Below, piece by piece: positions 48,180 through 57,174 of a DNA stretch of 64,000 bases. Numbering within the stretch: position 1 is the stretch's first letter; each line of letters opens with the position of its first letter. The stretch is from an uncultured Candidatus Saccharibacteria bacterium. GTDB taxonomy: Bacteria; Patescibacteriota; Minisyncoccia; Phycocordibacterales; UBA918. Location: assembly GCA_964643955.1 (NCBI GenBank), contig CAZXUO010000001.1, positions 78,314 to 142,313 of the forward strand, given 5' to 3'. The notes under the pieces are model-generated. The model was not told where the DNA came from. It made no database searches and worked only from the letters and a program-made list of their open reading frames with translations. A program made the position numbers and the translations under genes.

Positions 48180-49472
48180 CTACATCACCTCACCGAGGAC
48201 CGGCATGCCGAGTCGTTGACGAAGATTTTCTCCACTGAGGAGACTCGATCTACGTGCAGGGACATCTACGCTTTTAACTGCCTGAGCGAGCGTCTTCAGT
48301 GTTGTACCAAGAAATACCGTATGTCGTCCAAACTTATCATCAAGAGAATCGACGACTGCATACACTCTCCTCCAGCGCGTGAGCTCAACGCTTGCACCAA
48401 AGAGATCCATCTGTTCGTTTTCGTACGGCGTCAGATTCATGAGTACCACACCCGTCGCGCGATACTCCGCCCCAGGTTTATAGACTTCACTAAAATCTTC
48501 TTTGATTATTTTAATAATCTCACTCGGGACTGAAAGTGGATTTGAGAGCGTAAATTCAAACCCTTTATACTCAAACTCCTGGGTCTTCAAAAAGAAGAAG
48601 ACCTTTTCTGCGGAGAGGCCGTGGCGACGTGCTTTAGCACAGGCATCCTCAACATTCTTTGAGAGCTGGGAGAATATGAAATCTTTGTCGGTCGAAGGTG
48701 GCGTAAATGTCCGTGTCTTACTGATGCTTTGGTAATCATGCTTTTCTACGGTATTGATCGCATGGATTGATACTCCCTGAAGCTCATACCATATTTCTCG
48801 ATACGGCTTACTCATATGCTTCTCAATCCACTCTTCGGACTTCTCGACATATTCAAGTGCCGTGCGCACTCCAAGCTTTTCAAGATACTCAGTCGTCTGT
48901 CGTCCGATACCCCACACATATCCAACAGGAAGTGTTTTTAAAAACGTTCGTATCTTATTACTTGGAATGCACGTGAGTCCCGCAGGCTTCTTCCACTTTG
49001 AGCCGACTTTTGCAAGTACTTTTGTTGAAGAGAGTCCGACAGAAAAGGTAATGCCGAGCTCATTCTCAAGATCGTGTTTGATCGCCGCAGCCATTTCTTC
49101 GTACGACATATGGAGCGGCCCTCGAAGTCCCGTGAGATCTGCAAAACATTCATCAATACTATATTCCTCAACATCAGGCGTATATCGCCTTACGATCTCA
49201 TACATGCGACGCGAAAACATACTATATGTCTCATAGTCGGACGGAAGAATAATGACATCAGGACATATCTTGCGAACTTCAGTGAGCTTCATTGCGCGTG
49301 TGATACCGCGCGCTCGCGCTTCATAGCTCATCGACGAAGCAATGCCGCGTTCTTTTCCCGTAACGATTGGCTTGCCACGCAATGATGGGTTCATCGCCAC
49401 TTCGCACGATGTGAAAAATGAATCGCCGTCGATGTGGAGGATAGCTCGTTTGAAAGGTTGTGGTGCTGGCAT
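48180..49472 (-). CDS. dinB: Y-family DNA polymerase (DNA polymerase IV-like)
   Basis: ILHIDGDSFFTSCEV, SIDECFADLTG and the SVGLSSTKVLAKVGS palm motifs. Start MPAPQPFKRAILHID at 49472, 1 nt after the lexA stop. Confidence 0.85.
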   Translation of the reverse strand: MPAPQPFKRAILHIDGDSFFTSCEVAMNPSLRGKPIVTGKERGIASSMSYEARARGITRAMKLTEVRKICPDVIILPSDYETYSMFSRRMYEIVRRYTPDVEEYSIDECFADLTGLRGPLHMSYEEMAAAIKHDLENELGITFSVGLSSTKVLAKVGSKWKKPAGLTCIPSNKIRTFLKTLPVGYVWGIGRQTTEYLEKLGVRTALEYVEKSEEWIEKHMSKPYREIWYELQGVSIHAINTVEKHDYQSISKTRTFTPPSTDKDFIFSQLSKNVEDACAKARRHGLSAEKVFFFLKTQEFEYKGFEFTLSNPLSVPSEIIKIIKEDFSEVYKPGAEYRATGVVLMNLTPYENEQMDLFGASVELTRWRRVYAVVDSLDDKFGRHTVFLGTTLKTLAQAVKSVDVPARRSSLLSGENLRQRLGMPVLGEVM

Positions 49473-49473
49473 A

Positions 49474-50037
49474 TTAGTATCGTCTGATGACTGCTTGTAC
49501 GACCGCTTCGATCTGCATCTCATTTTCTGGATAGATCGGCTTGAATCGTTTGTTTGCCGCCTCAAGGTATGTCTGCCCATTCCGCTGTCGGAGATATTTC
49601 ATCGTGTAACTCCCATCAACACACGCGATGACGATATTCCCCGGCTTCGGCACTTTGCCACGCTCGACGAGCACCATGTCGCCTTCCATAATTCCCGCGT
49701 CGATCATCGAGTCACCTTTCACCTTAAGCATAAACGTCGCTTCTTTATTCTTTATGAGAAACTCATCGAGACTCATCGTATCGATGAGCTCTTCTTCAGC
49801 CGCCGTTGGAAAACCTGCCTCTACATACCCGAGGAGAAATATTTCGTCAGTGAGCTGATTGGGAATAAGGCGACCCTGCTTATCTTTTGCGAGTACACCT
49901 TCCGCTATCAATTTCTTTACCGCATAGTGGACCGCGCTCTTTGTCTTGTAATGAAAGAGCTCGAGCATCTCAGAGTACGTCGGCATGCGACGACGCGCTC
50001 GGTAGAACATGAGTATTCTTTCTCGGTTCGAATTCAT
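49474..50037 (-). CDS. lexA: LexA repressor (wHTH plus S24 peptidase)
   Basis: The N-terminus aligns with the LexA DNA-binding domain. S24 catalytic residues are present: GDSM and the lysine in ...VDGSYTMK. Start ATG at 50037 (MNSNRERIL). Confidence 0.85.
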   Translation of the reverse strand: MNSNRERILMFYRARRRMPTYSEMLELFHYKTKSAVHYAVKKLIAEGVLAKDKQGRLIPNQLTDEIFLLGYVEAGFPTAAEEELIDTMSLDEFLIKNKEATFMLKVKGDSMIDAGIMEGDMVLVERGKVPKPGNIVIACVDGSYTMKYLRQRNGQTYLEAANKRFKPIYPENEMQIEAVVQAVIRRY

Positions 50038-50046
50038 ACCCACAGT

Positions 50047-50070
50047 GTATTAGAACGTTCGTTCTAATAC
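50047..50070. promoter_or_regulatory. LexA operator (Cheo-type SOS box): GTATTAGAAC-GTTC-GTTCTAATAC
   Basis: Perfect 10-bp inverted arms around a 4-nt spacer, containing the GAAC-N4-GTTC core of the Gram-positive-type LexA box. It lies 10 nt upstream of the lexA start codon. Confidence 0.6.
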
Positions 50071-50129
50071 AAGTGGATAACTACTTCATCACCTGTGTAA
50101 TAAAAGCAGCGAGTGCTTTTCATCAATAC

Positions 50130-50828
50130 CTAATCCTTCTTTGCAAACCAACCGCTTATCATAAACGACTGAAAGAAGTGCACCGGCAATTTGAAGCCGC
50201 CATCGCGGATGATGTCCTCGACTTCAGATGAGGGAAGCACAGTAAGTACTTCCTTAAATGCCCTCGGGAGCGACGCGATAGATTCGGGAGTTGCACCCAT
50301 GAGCGTTTGCACCTTCTCCCACTCTTTCATCATCAAAGGAAACTCGGGCGATTCCAAATCAAAACTGATTTCTGTATTGATGAAATATCCTCCTGTCTTA
50401 AGACGCTGATGAACATTTTGATAGAAAGACAATCGTTCCTCTTTCTTTATAAAATGTCCTACGAGAATACTGAGTACTGCATCAAAGGACGCCTCTGCCG
50501 GCACATCGTGTATGTACCCATGAATAAACTCGCATCTATCCGCGATCCCCGCCTCCGCCACGCGCGCCCGACACACTTCAAGCATCGCTTCAGATGGATC
50601 AACACCTACAAACGTATATTCTGGATATTCCTTTGCGAGCGAAAATATTTCAGCTCCTGTCCCCACACCTACGCAGAGAATACGGGAATTCTCCGGCACG
50701 TCTTTCAAAATAAGTCGAATGAGAAAATGCATGTTGTCAGCAATCGGTGCTAACGCGCGATTTTTCTCGTCGTATGATTTCGATGCGTTTGTATTGAAAA
50801 AGTCTGCCATGCACGCAGTATACCTCAA
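50130..50828 (-). CDS. class I SAM-dependent methyltransferase
   Basis: Motif I (ILCVGVGTGAEI) and post-I acidic residue (VGVDPSEAM) of Rossmann-fold methyltransferases. Confidence 0.8.
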   Translation of the reverse strand: MRYTACMADFFNTNASKSYDEKNRALAPIADNMHFLIRLILKDVPENSRILCVGVGTGAEIFSLAKEYPEYTFVGVDPSEAMLEVCRARVAEAGIADRCEFIHGYIHDVPAEASFDAVLSILVGHFIKKEERLSFYQNVHQRLKTGGYFINTEISFDLESPEFPLMMKEWEKVQTLMGATPESIASLPRAFKEVLTVLPSSEVEDIIRDGGFKLPVHFFQSFMISGWFAKKD

Positions 50829-50850
50829 CTAATACAGCGGCAGAATCAAT

Positions 50851-50902
50851 CACACAAAAACATAAAACCGTCCCGGAGGGCGATTTTATGCCTCCATGAC
50901 GG
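50851..50902 (-). terminator. compound hairpin terminator on minus strand (CCGTC/GGAGG...CCTCC/GACGG + TTTTATGTTTTTG)
   Basis: Seen in sequence directly downstream of the 50913..51305 gene. Confidence 0.4.
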
Positions 50903-50912
50903 TTGGTTGAAC

Positions 50913-51305
50913 TCAGAGCACGCGCATCTTCGCTTCCTCCACGAGTGCAGCATAGAAAGTGGGCCGTGCGCTCAGGTCACTATCGGTTGCCTCCCGAAGG
51001 AGCCTGAACAAAAGCTCATCCTCGTATCCCTGCACGAGTGCGCGATACTGCGAGATTTTTCGCGGGTTCTGTGGACTGGACAGCCCCGCAAGGCGAGATT
51101 CCACCGAAAGACAGGCACCCATACGTGTGAAGTGATTGTCCTTGCAGTGACTCTCCACCTTTTCTACGATCCCCATGATCATATCACCCACCGAAGACAA
51201 TCCGATTCTGAGAGTCGGACCCTTCGGCTGAGGCGTTGAGGCTGGTACAGTGGGAGCATTGCGCTCTTTTTTCCAAGCGGAAATGCTCACAACTTTCTTA
51301 TCCAT
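50913..51305 (-). CDS. hypothetical protein
   Basis: 130-aa ORF with its own terminator; no motif recognised. Confidence 0.4.
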   Translation of the reverse strand: MDKKVVSISAWKKERNAPTVPASTPQPKGPTLRIGLSSVGDMIMGIVEKVESHCKDNHFTRMGACLSVESRLAGLSSPQNPRKISQYRALVQGYEDELLFRLLREATDSDLSARPTFYAALVEEAKMRVL

Positions 51306-51382
51306 CAGCGATTCCTCCCCTCTATATCTGGCCGTAATATATACACTACAATGCCCTCTCCCGCCAGTACAGACTATTCGAA

Positions 51383-51922
51383 CTATTTTGACTTCAAGTA
51401 TTCTTCAAGAAAAGTAGTTTCTCTTTTTAAGATGAAATGACCTTTAGATTTTTTGGGCACATCACGCCTCATATTTTTCAGTACCTCCTCAGCTGGTAAC
51501 CAAAGTGTTGTATGACCTTCCTCGATTTCCTTCTCTTCCAAACGAGTCTCGCCGATTTCTCCAATCACTTTTGCAACAAAACAAAAAGATAGGTGGATCA
51601 TATTGTGTTCATTACGATACTCGATAACCATTCCCAATGCTTTCATAATCTCACAATCGCACCCAACCTCCTCTAAAACCTCTCTTTTCAAAGCTTCCTC
51701 TACAGATTCTCCCTGATTTACTCCACCGCCAGGTAATTTGTGATATGTATAAGTTTGCAAATATTGTGTTGCAATATTACCTTGCTCGTCCAACAAAATT
51801 GCTCGCGCACTTTTCCTTAATCGATATGGATGATCTATTCTTTCAAATTGATCACTCAGCCCTAAACTACCCTCGCTTATTTCTGCCAGAAGTTTCATCA
51901 CCTGAGTATACCAAACCAACAT
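51383..51922 (-). CDS. NUDIX hydrolase
   Basis: NUDIX box (GGGVNQGESVEEALKREVLEEVG). Confidence 0.8.
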   Translation of the reverse strand: MLVWYTQVMKLLAEISEGSLGLSDQFERIDHPYRLRKSARAILLDEQGNIATQYLQTYTYHKLPGGGVNQGESVEEALKREVLEEVGCDCEIMKALGMVIEYRNEHNMIHLSFCFVAKVIGEIGETRLEEKEIEEGHTTLWLPAEEVLKNMRRDVPKKSKGHFILKRETTFLEEYLKSK

Positions 51923-51950
51923 TTAAACCAATTCCGTGTTGAAAATGTAC

Positions 51951-52451
51951 TCAAAAGGCTGTCGCTCGTTGTCTGGAACGACCTTCGAACTTTTTTGAAC
52001 GCTCCCACTCGTGAATAACCACCAGGGCTTCTTCCTCTAATTCTATTTCATGTATAAGTTCAATGCTGCGACGCGATTTCTCATTCAGAATAAAGATATT
52101 ATGGTCTCCTTCATAATATTCACTAGCCACTTTGTCTCGTCCACACGCAAACACCACCCGTGGAATATGAGCCCAGAAAGACGATGTGTAACACATAAGA
52201 CAAGGTTCGAGTGAAGAGTAGAGCACTACATTCACCAAATCCCGCTCACCTAACTTTCGTGCCGCTTCTCGAATCGCGGCTGTTTCTGCATGACTGGTTG
52301 GATCATGTAATTGTTTTCCGTTACTGAGCCCGGTCGCGAGAATTTCACCATTACTGACAATAACTGCACCGACAGGATACCCTCCGACATCGACAGATTC
52401 TTGCGATAGTTCAATAGCCCTCTTTAGAAAGTCATGATCATCCATTCTCAA
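51951..52451 (-). CDS. cytidine/deoxycytidylate-type nucleoside deaminase (TadA/CDA-like)
   Basis: Zinc-binding deaminase motifs (HAETAAI...SLEPCLMC). Confidence 0.8.
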   Translation of the reverse strand: MRMDDHDFLKRAIELSQESVDVGGYPVGAVIVSNGEILATGLSNGKQLHDPTSHAETAAIREAARKLGERDLVNVVLYSSLEPCLMCYTSSFWAHIPRVVFACGRDKVASEYYEGDHNIFILNEKSRRSIELIHEIELEEEALVVIHEWERSKKFEGRSRQRATAF

Positions 52452-52511
52452 TAGTGTAGCAAGTTTGGGATTCGAATCGAATCTACATTAAGAAACAAAG
52501 CTGAAATGCTG

Positions 52512-52582
52512 CTGCCGGACTTGGATTCGAACCAAGATGACGACTTTCAGAGAGTCGCATCCTACCATTAGATGATCCGGCA
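52512..52582 (-). tRNA. tRNA-Gln (anticodon CUG); CCA not encoded
   Basis: Manual cloverleaf: acceptor TGCCGGA/TCCGGCA with the U1:A72 pair and G73 discriminator typical of bacterial tRNA-Gln; anticodon stem CGACT/AGTCG with loop CTCTGAA; T-arm CTTGG-TTCGAAT-CCAAG. The 65-aa ORF in the track over this locus is spurious. Confidence 0.75.
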
Positions 52583-52586
52583 AAGA

Positions 52587-52607
52587 GAGGCGCGCGGAGC
52601 GCGCCTC
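52587..52607. other. GC-rich perfect hairpin (GAGGCGCGC-gga-GCGCGCCTC) abutting the 5' end of tRNA-Gln
   Basis: Seen in sequence, 4 nt from the tRNA 5' end, with no U-tract. Confidence 0.3.
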
Positions 52608-52678
52608 AATCGCTCTATAGTGCCTAATTTCAGGCGCAAATTCAAGCAGGTCGCTCTGGCCACTTTTGCGGGTGGACG

Positions 52679-53317
52679 CTAGCAAAGATGCGCGCGGTTG
52701 TCTGCTTCGATTATTTTCCAGCTACAGGTCTCGCCAGCACACTCATATGAAAGGTGTGTGATGCTCCCATTCCCCACCTGAAACAGTTTGAGAATACCGA
52801 GTGCGTATGCAAAGACTGAAATCTTGCCGCGACGTAAGCGTGTGAGCATGAGGGTTATGAATACCGCATGAGAAACGACGACGACATGCTCGTGCGTTTT
52901 TGAAAGTGATTGGAGGTGTGCGAGCGCGCGCTCGATACGCATGGTGACATTATAAAGATTTTCTTCATCGCTGTGATGCCACGAATTGAAAAACGATCCG
53001 AGAAAAAGTTTGAAACCGACCCATAGTGAGTAGGGACCAAAATATGGTTTGCCAAAAAGTGAAGACGGGCGGCGCATCTCACGAAAAAGTGAATCCACAA
53101 GTACTTCTCTCTGAAGTGTTTTTCCGATGATGTCGGCGGTTTCGCGCGCTCGCGCAAGATCGCTCGAGACCAGATGCGGCTCCGCGAGATGCGCGAGCGC
53201 GTTTCCTGCACACTCCGCCTGTCTTCTCCCCTTCTCCGCAAGCGGCACACCCTCGTGCTGATGAATATGATTAGTATTGCAAAACGTCTCTCCGTGCCGT
53301 ACGAGGTACACCTGCAT
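52679..53317 (-). CDS. histidine phosphatase family protein (phosphoglycerate mutase-like)
   Basis: RHGE catalytic motif (VYLVRHGETFCN) and downstream Arg/His residues. Start MQVYLVRHGE at 53317; the track ORF extends into dnaX. Confidence 0.75.
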   Translation of the reverse strand: MQVYLVRHGETFCNTNHIHQHEGVPLAEKGRRQAECAGNALAHLAEPHLVSSDLARARETADIIGKTLQREVLVDSLFREMRRPSSLFGKPYFGPYSLWVGFKLFLGSFFNSWHHSDEENLYNVTMRIERALAHLQSLSKTHEHVVVVSHAVFITLMLTRLRRGKISVFAYALGILKLFQVGNGSITHLSYECAGETCSWKIIEADNRAHLC

Positions 53318-53318
53318 G

Positions 53319-54356
53319 CTATTTTTTCTCAGAAAGATCGATGATCGCGAGCTCAAGTGGGAGTTGCGCGAGATAGGTGCGGCCGATTTGTTCTGCAGCA
53401 AGAAGAAGTCGTGAAAGGAGTGCAGAATTGATCGGCGAAGCTGCATCCTTTGCAAGCGCCGAAAGTACCGCGCGATCTTCTTCACGCACATGCGCAAACG
53501 CGTGATCGTCATTCCCTCCATGCCGCGCAAGCATTACGGCGCGCACACGCTCAAGGATGAGTCGCATAAAAAGCTTCATGTCGATGTTTTCAGACACGGC
53601 CGACTGTACTGCCGCAAGTCCGCGTGCAGCATCACGAGCATGGAGCGCATCGATAATCCCCATCACGAGCGCTCCCTTTGGAGCTCCGATGATCGCTGCG
53701 GCCTCATCTGCATCAGCTTTGCCATCTTCGCTCGCCATGATGACTTTCTGAGTGATGCCGAGCGCATCACGAAATGACCCGTCTGCCGCGAGCGCAATGA
53801 GGTCAGCGGCATCCGGCGAGAGCTTGAATTTCTCCTTCTTCGCAACATCAAGCACCGTCTCACGCAAGAGATCGCGCGACGGCGCACGAAACTGGAAGAC
53901 CTGACAGCGCGAGGTGATCGTCTCAAGTAATTTTTCTGGTTCGGTCGTCGCGAGGATAAAGACCACGTGCGACGGCGGCTCCTCAAGCGTTTTCAGAAGT
54001 GCATTGAATGCCTCTTTGGTGAGCATGTGCACCTCGTCGATGATGTACACCTTTCGTTCTGATTCATACGGCAGCGTGTGCACCGCTTCGCGTAATTCAC
54101 GGATGTCATCAATACCGCGGTTTGACGCCGCGTCGATCTCGTAGGTATCAATCGCACTTGCACCTATCGCGCGTGCAAAGATGCGCGCAATACTCGTCTT
54201 ACCCGTACCGCGCGAACCAGTAAAAAGAAGTGCGTGTGGAATCTGCCCTGAACGTACCGCGCCTTCAAGCGTCTTCACGATAGCCTCCTGTCCGCGAACA
54301 TCAGTAAATGTGAGGGGGCGATACTTTCGGTAGAGCGCCGTATGCGTAGTTTCCAT
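53319..54356 (-). CDS. dnaX: DNA polymerase III subunit gamma/tau, short form
   Basis: DnaX N-terminus ([18 protein letters not shown] ... [21 protein letters not shown]), Walker B and sensor motifs ([12 protein letters not shown]). It ends after domain III at 345 aa. Confidence 0.8.
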   Translation of the reverse strand: METTHTALYRKYRPLTFTDVRGQEAIVKTLEGAVRSGQIPHALLFTGSRGTGKTSIARIFARAIGASAIDTYEIDAASNRGIDDIRELREAVHTLPYESERKVYIIDEVHMLTKEAFNALLKTLEEPPSHVVFILATTEPEKLLETITSRCQVFQFRAPSRDLLRETVLDVAKKEKFKLSPDAADLIALAADGSFRDALGITQKVIMASEDGKADADEAAAIIGAPKGALVMGIIDALHARDAARGLAAVQSAVSENIDMKLFMRLILERVRAVMLARHGGNDDHAFAHVREEDRAVLSALAKDAASPINSALLSRLLLAAEQIGRTYLAQLPLELAIIDLSEKK

Positions 54357-54385
54357 AATGACCTATTGTACCAGACTGAAAAATA

Positions 54386-55237
54386 CTACCGATAATCGAC
54401 ATGGTCTCGCATAAATGAGCGGATCGCTTCAATGTCTTTTGGCAGATTGTCGCTTCCGAGCACGATAATACTGATTTCCGCTGATGTCCCCGATGGAAAG
54501 GTTTCAACAAAAATCCCTGCGAACGTACGGCTCGCCTCATCAGTATAGCCATGCTTGCCTCCTCGAAATGCCTCAGCATTTACAAGCGGATTTACATTCC
54601 ACCATGCATGCGCGGCACCGATGTAGGTCGGTAGGCTCGTGATGTCGAGAATGTATGGTTGGTAGTTTGCAAGATGTGCAATAAAAATTGCGAGGTCGTG
54701 CACGGTCGAGACGTTGTCAGGTGAGAGTCCGCTCGGATCAGCAAAATGCGTATCCTCCATCTTGAGCACATCAGCCTGCGCATTCATGTCCTCAATAAAC
54801 GTTGTGCGTCCACTGTATTCGGCAAGCGCTTCAGCCGCATCATTTGATGATTCGATAAGAAGTGGAAAAAGGAGCTCGCGCACATTCATGTGCTCGCCTG
54901 CGCGCAGACTTCCTGCACGCCCCTCGGTCGACACTGCGCGCCACGAGAGCGTCGTCGATGCCTCAAGCGCGAGGGTATCAAGCGCGATATCTGCAGTAAC
55001 GAGCTTCGTGAGCGATGCGATTGGAAGTACACTCTTCTCATCTTCTGCGATGAGCATCTCCCCTGTCCGCGCATCAAAGACTCCCCACGCACGCGCGCTC
55101 ACGTCAGGCAGAACACCGACATCGATCGTATACACACGTTCGTTTGAAATCGCGTCGTGCACGGAGTCTGACGATACGAGAAAAAATCCAATGCCAAGCA
55201 GCAAGGCCGTGATGAGGAGGACACGCATATCGTACAT
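54386..55237 (-). CDS. D-alanyl-D-alanine carboxypeptidase (S11 serine peptidase, PBP5-like)
   Basis: SxxK active site (IASLTKLVT), SxN (ESSND) and KTG-like (KHGYT) motifs with an N-terminal TM. Likely start MYDMRVLL. Confidence 0.8.
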   Translation of the reverse strand: MYDMRVLLITALLLGIGFFLVSSDSVHDAISNERVYTIDVGVLPDVSARAWGVFDARTGEMLIAEDEKSVLPIASLTKLVTADIALDTLALEASTTLSWRAVSTEGRAGSLRAGEHMNVRELLFPLLIESSNDAAEALAEYSGRTTFIEDMNAQADVLKMEDTHFADPSGLSPDNVSTVHDLAIFIAHLANYQPYILDITSLPTYIGAAHAWWNVNPLVNAEAFRGGKHGYTDEASRTFAGIFVETFPSGTSAEISIIVLGSDNLPKDIEAIRSFMRDHVDYR

Positions 55238-55245
55238 AGTATGAC

Positions 55246-55285
55246 ACGAAAAAGGCGCGGCTCCCAAAGGGAGCCGCGCCTTTTT
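55246..55285. terminator. bidirectional intrinsic terminator (A5-GGCGCGGCTCCC-aaa-GGGAGCCGCGCC-T5)
   Basis: Perfect 12-bp GC-rich stem flanked by A- and T-runs. Confidence 0.6.
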
Positions 55286-55296
55286 CTCACCGAGAA

Positions 55297-55710
55297 TTAA
55301 CCCGCGACCTTCTTCGCTACCTTCACAACTTTCTTTGCAACCTTCTTCGTGCGCTTCTTTGCAGAACGCTCAATATCCTTCCAGCGTTCATGCATTTCTT
55401 TTCCAAATTCAACCAATTCCTTTGCACTCGCGCCTTTTGCAGTCTTGTATCCCTTCATAACCTGATCGACGAGATCCTCGTACTCTTCTTTCGTCATGTG
55501 CTTTGCAGTCTCGATACCTTCGAGGACCTCAGCTTTTGCCTTGAGCGACCAGCTCTTTACCTGCTTGCGATTCTTCGCTGCGTTCTTACTCCCGTACAAG
55601 AAGTATCCGCCCGCTGCAGCAAGCGCAGTTGCGGTGAGCCCTACACCAATGCCGACTTTCTGTGTTTGCGAGAGCGACTTGCTGCTCTTCGCTGCTTTCT
55701 TTGTTGCCAT
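55297..55710 (-). CDS. YtxH-like (DUF948) membrane-anchored protein with lysine-rich tail
   Basis: N-terminal basic region, single TM, then a helical domain; likely start MATKKAAK. Confidence 0.45.
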   Translation of the reverse strand: MATKKAAKSSKSLSQTQKVGIGVGLTATALAAAGGYFLYGSKNAAKNRKQVKSWSLKAKAEVLEGIETAKHMTKEEYEDLVDQVMKGYKTAKGASAKELVEFGKEMHERWKDIERSAKKRTKKVAKKVVKVAKKVAG

Positions 55711-55720
55711 GAATGTGTAC

Positions 55721-56026
55721 TTATTCTTCGCTCGTAATATCCTTCTTTTTACGTGACGCTGCGCGGCGTGATTTCCCCGAGCCCATCGCAAGCATAAATG
55801 CACCGACGACACGACCCATAAAGCTTCCGCTCATGAGCTGCTCGCGCAATGCATGGATATCCTCGACAATAAGCTCAGTGCTCGACTGCACGCGCTCGAG
55901 TATTGTATGTGCAAGCTTGACCACGCGAATAACGTGATAGACCGCAACACACAAGAACGCCCCGACGACGAGAATAGCTGAACCAGTAATAATGAAAAAT
56001 ATATTGGCCAACAATGTCTCGCTCAT
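55721..56026 (-). CDS. small DUF948-like membrane protein
   Basis: One TM helix followed by an amphipathic helical region (HVIRVVKLAHTILERVQSSTELIVEDIHALREQL). Confidence 0.4.
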   Translation of the reverse strand: MSETLLANIFFIITGSAILVVGAFLCVAVYHVIRVVKLAHTILERVQSSTELIVEDIHALREQLMSGSFMGRVVGAFMLAMGSGKSRRAASRKKKDITSEE

Positions 56027-56082
56027 ACACATAGTGTACAACGAGCGTGATGAAATACGTGTGGAGAGATGTGAAAATCGAC

Positions 56083-57174
56083 TTAGGCAAGTCCAAACCG
56101 GTCTTTGAGTGCAAGGTAATTTTGGGTGACTTCTTCGTCCTCAAGGATCCGATCGTAAAAACGCACCACCGCGATATTGCCCTGAAAATACCCATACGTC
56201 AGCTCTGAACCGATACTGTTTGAACTTAAGTTCACCGTCTTCGTACTCGTGAGTCCTGTCCTCACGAGTGTGCCGTTGAGGTAGAGACGCGGTTGGTTTG
56301 CTTCATAAATGACCAGCACGTGTGAAAAATCTGATGCCGATATAGATGCTGTATATACAAGGAGCGCCGGAATGTATCCATTACTATGCTCATATACATT
56401 GATACTGTTGGTGCCTACCGAAATACCCGATCCCGCATTAGGATCTGCAACAAAGTTTGGTCCGATTACATACCGTTGTCCTGAAATACCACCGAAACCA
56501 GTCGTCGCTTCCGAATCAGAATCCTGAGTCGCTGTTGGCTTGCACCAAGCCTCCATCGTAAAGTTACTCGTCACACTCGTGCTTGTTGCCGCACATGTTG
56601 CATAGTCATTCGTGCCATCAAATACGATACTCCCGCGATTGCCACTATCAAATGTAGGCCCGTCGGTAAGGGTACTGTCGGCATAGGTACCCGTGAGATC
56701 GCTCCACGCAGTGCCCGTCCCCGGATAACTCGCTGTATTACCTGCATCAAGATTGAAAATCAAACCACTTGTAACGATTGGTGGTGGTATATTGCCCGCA
56801 GAAAAACCATACCAGTCGCTCCCTCCATTTGTCGTGATGAAATTGAGAATATCAGTTCCCGCTACCGTAAGTGTAGGCGCGGTGCCATCGGCCCAATTGA
56901 CTGCCGCAGGCCAGTTGACCGTCTGCGAGCCGCCGTTTGTCAGAAAGAGGGTAAAGCTGCACGCCGTGCCGCTTGCCGAGGGATTTGAAAAGGTAAAGGT
57001 ATTGGTCGAAGTCGACACCGTCGCAGTAACGACGTTCCCGAGACGAATGTCGATATCGCGCGTACCACCGCCCGCTCCGAGCGCGTTGACCGCTTCGCCA
57101 TAATCTTTGAGCATGGCCTTAACGACATTCTTGTCGTCCATGTCCATGCGGTTTGCCGACATTCGGATCGTCAT
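56083..57174 (-). CDS. LamG-like (concanavalin A-like lectin/glucanase jelly-roll) domain protein
   Basis: The Thr/Ser/Gly-rich N-terminal region and C-terminal part (FDGTNDYATC...SNFTMEAWCKPT...HVLVIYEANQPRLYLNGTLV) match the LamG jelly-roll pattern. Confidence 0.45.
   Translation of the reverse strand: MTIRMSANRMDMDDKNVVKAMLKDYGEAVNALGAGGGTRDIDIRLGNVVTATVSTSTNTFTFSNPSASGTACSFTLFLTNGGSQTVNWPAAVNWADGTAPTLTVAGTDILNFITTNGGSDWYGFSAGNIPPPIVTSGLIFNLDAGNTASYPGTGTAWSDLTGTYADSTLTDGPTFDSGNRGSIVFDGTNDYATCAATSTSVTSNFTMEAWCKPTATQDSDSEATTGFGGISGQRYVIGPNFVADPNAGSGISVGTNSINVYEHSNGYIPALLVYTASISASDFSHVLVIYEANQPRLYLNGTLVRTGLTSTKTVNLSSNSIGSELTYGYFQGNIAVVRFYDRILEDEEVTQNYLALKDRFGLA

Noticed and set aside
52488-52685. 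65-aa minus-strand ORF
   Set aside because: It overlaps tRNA-Gln and the GC hairpin entirely and is a spurious ORF.
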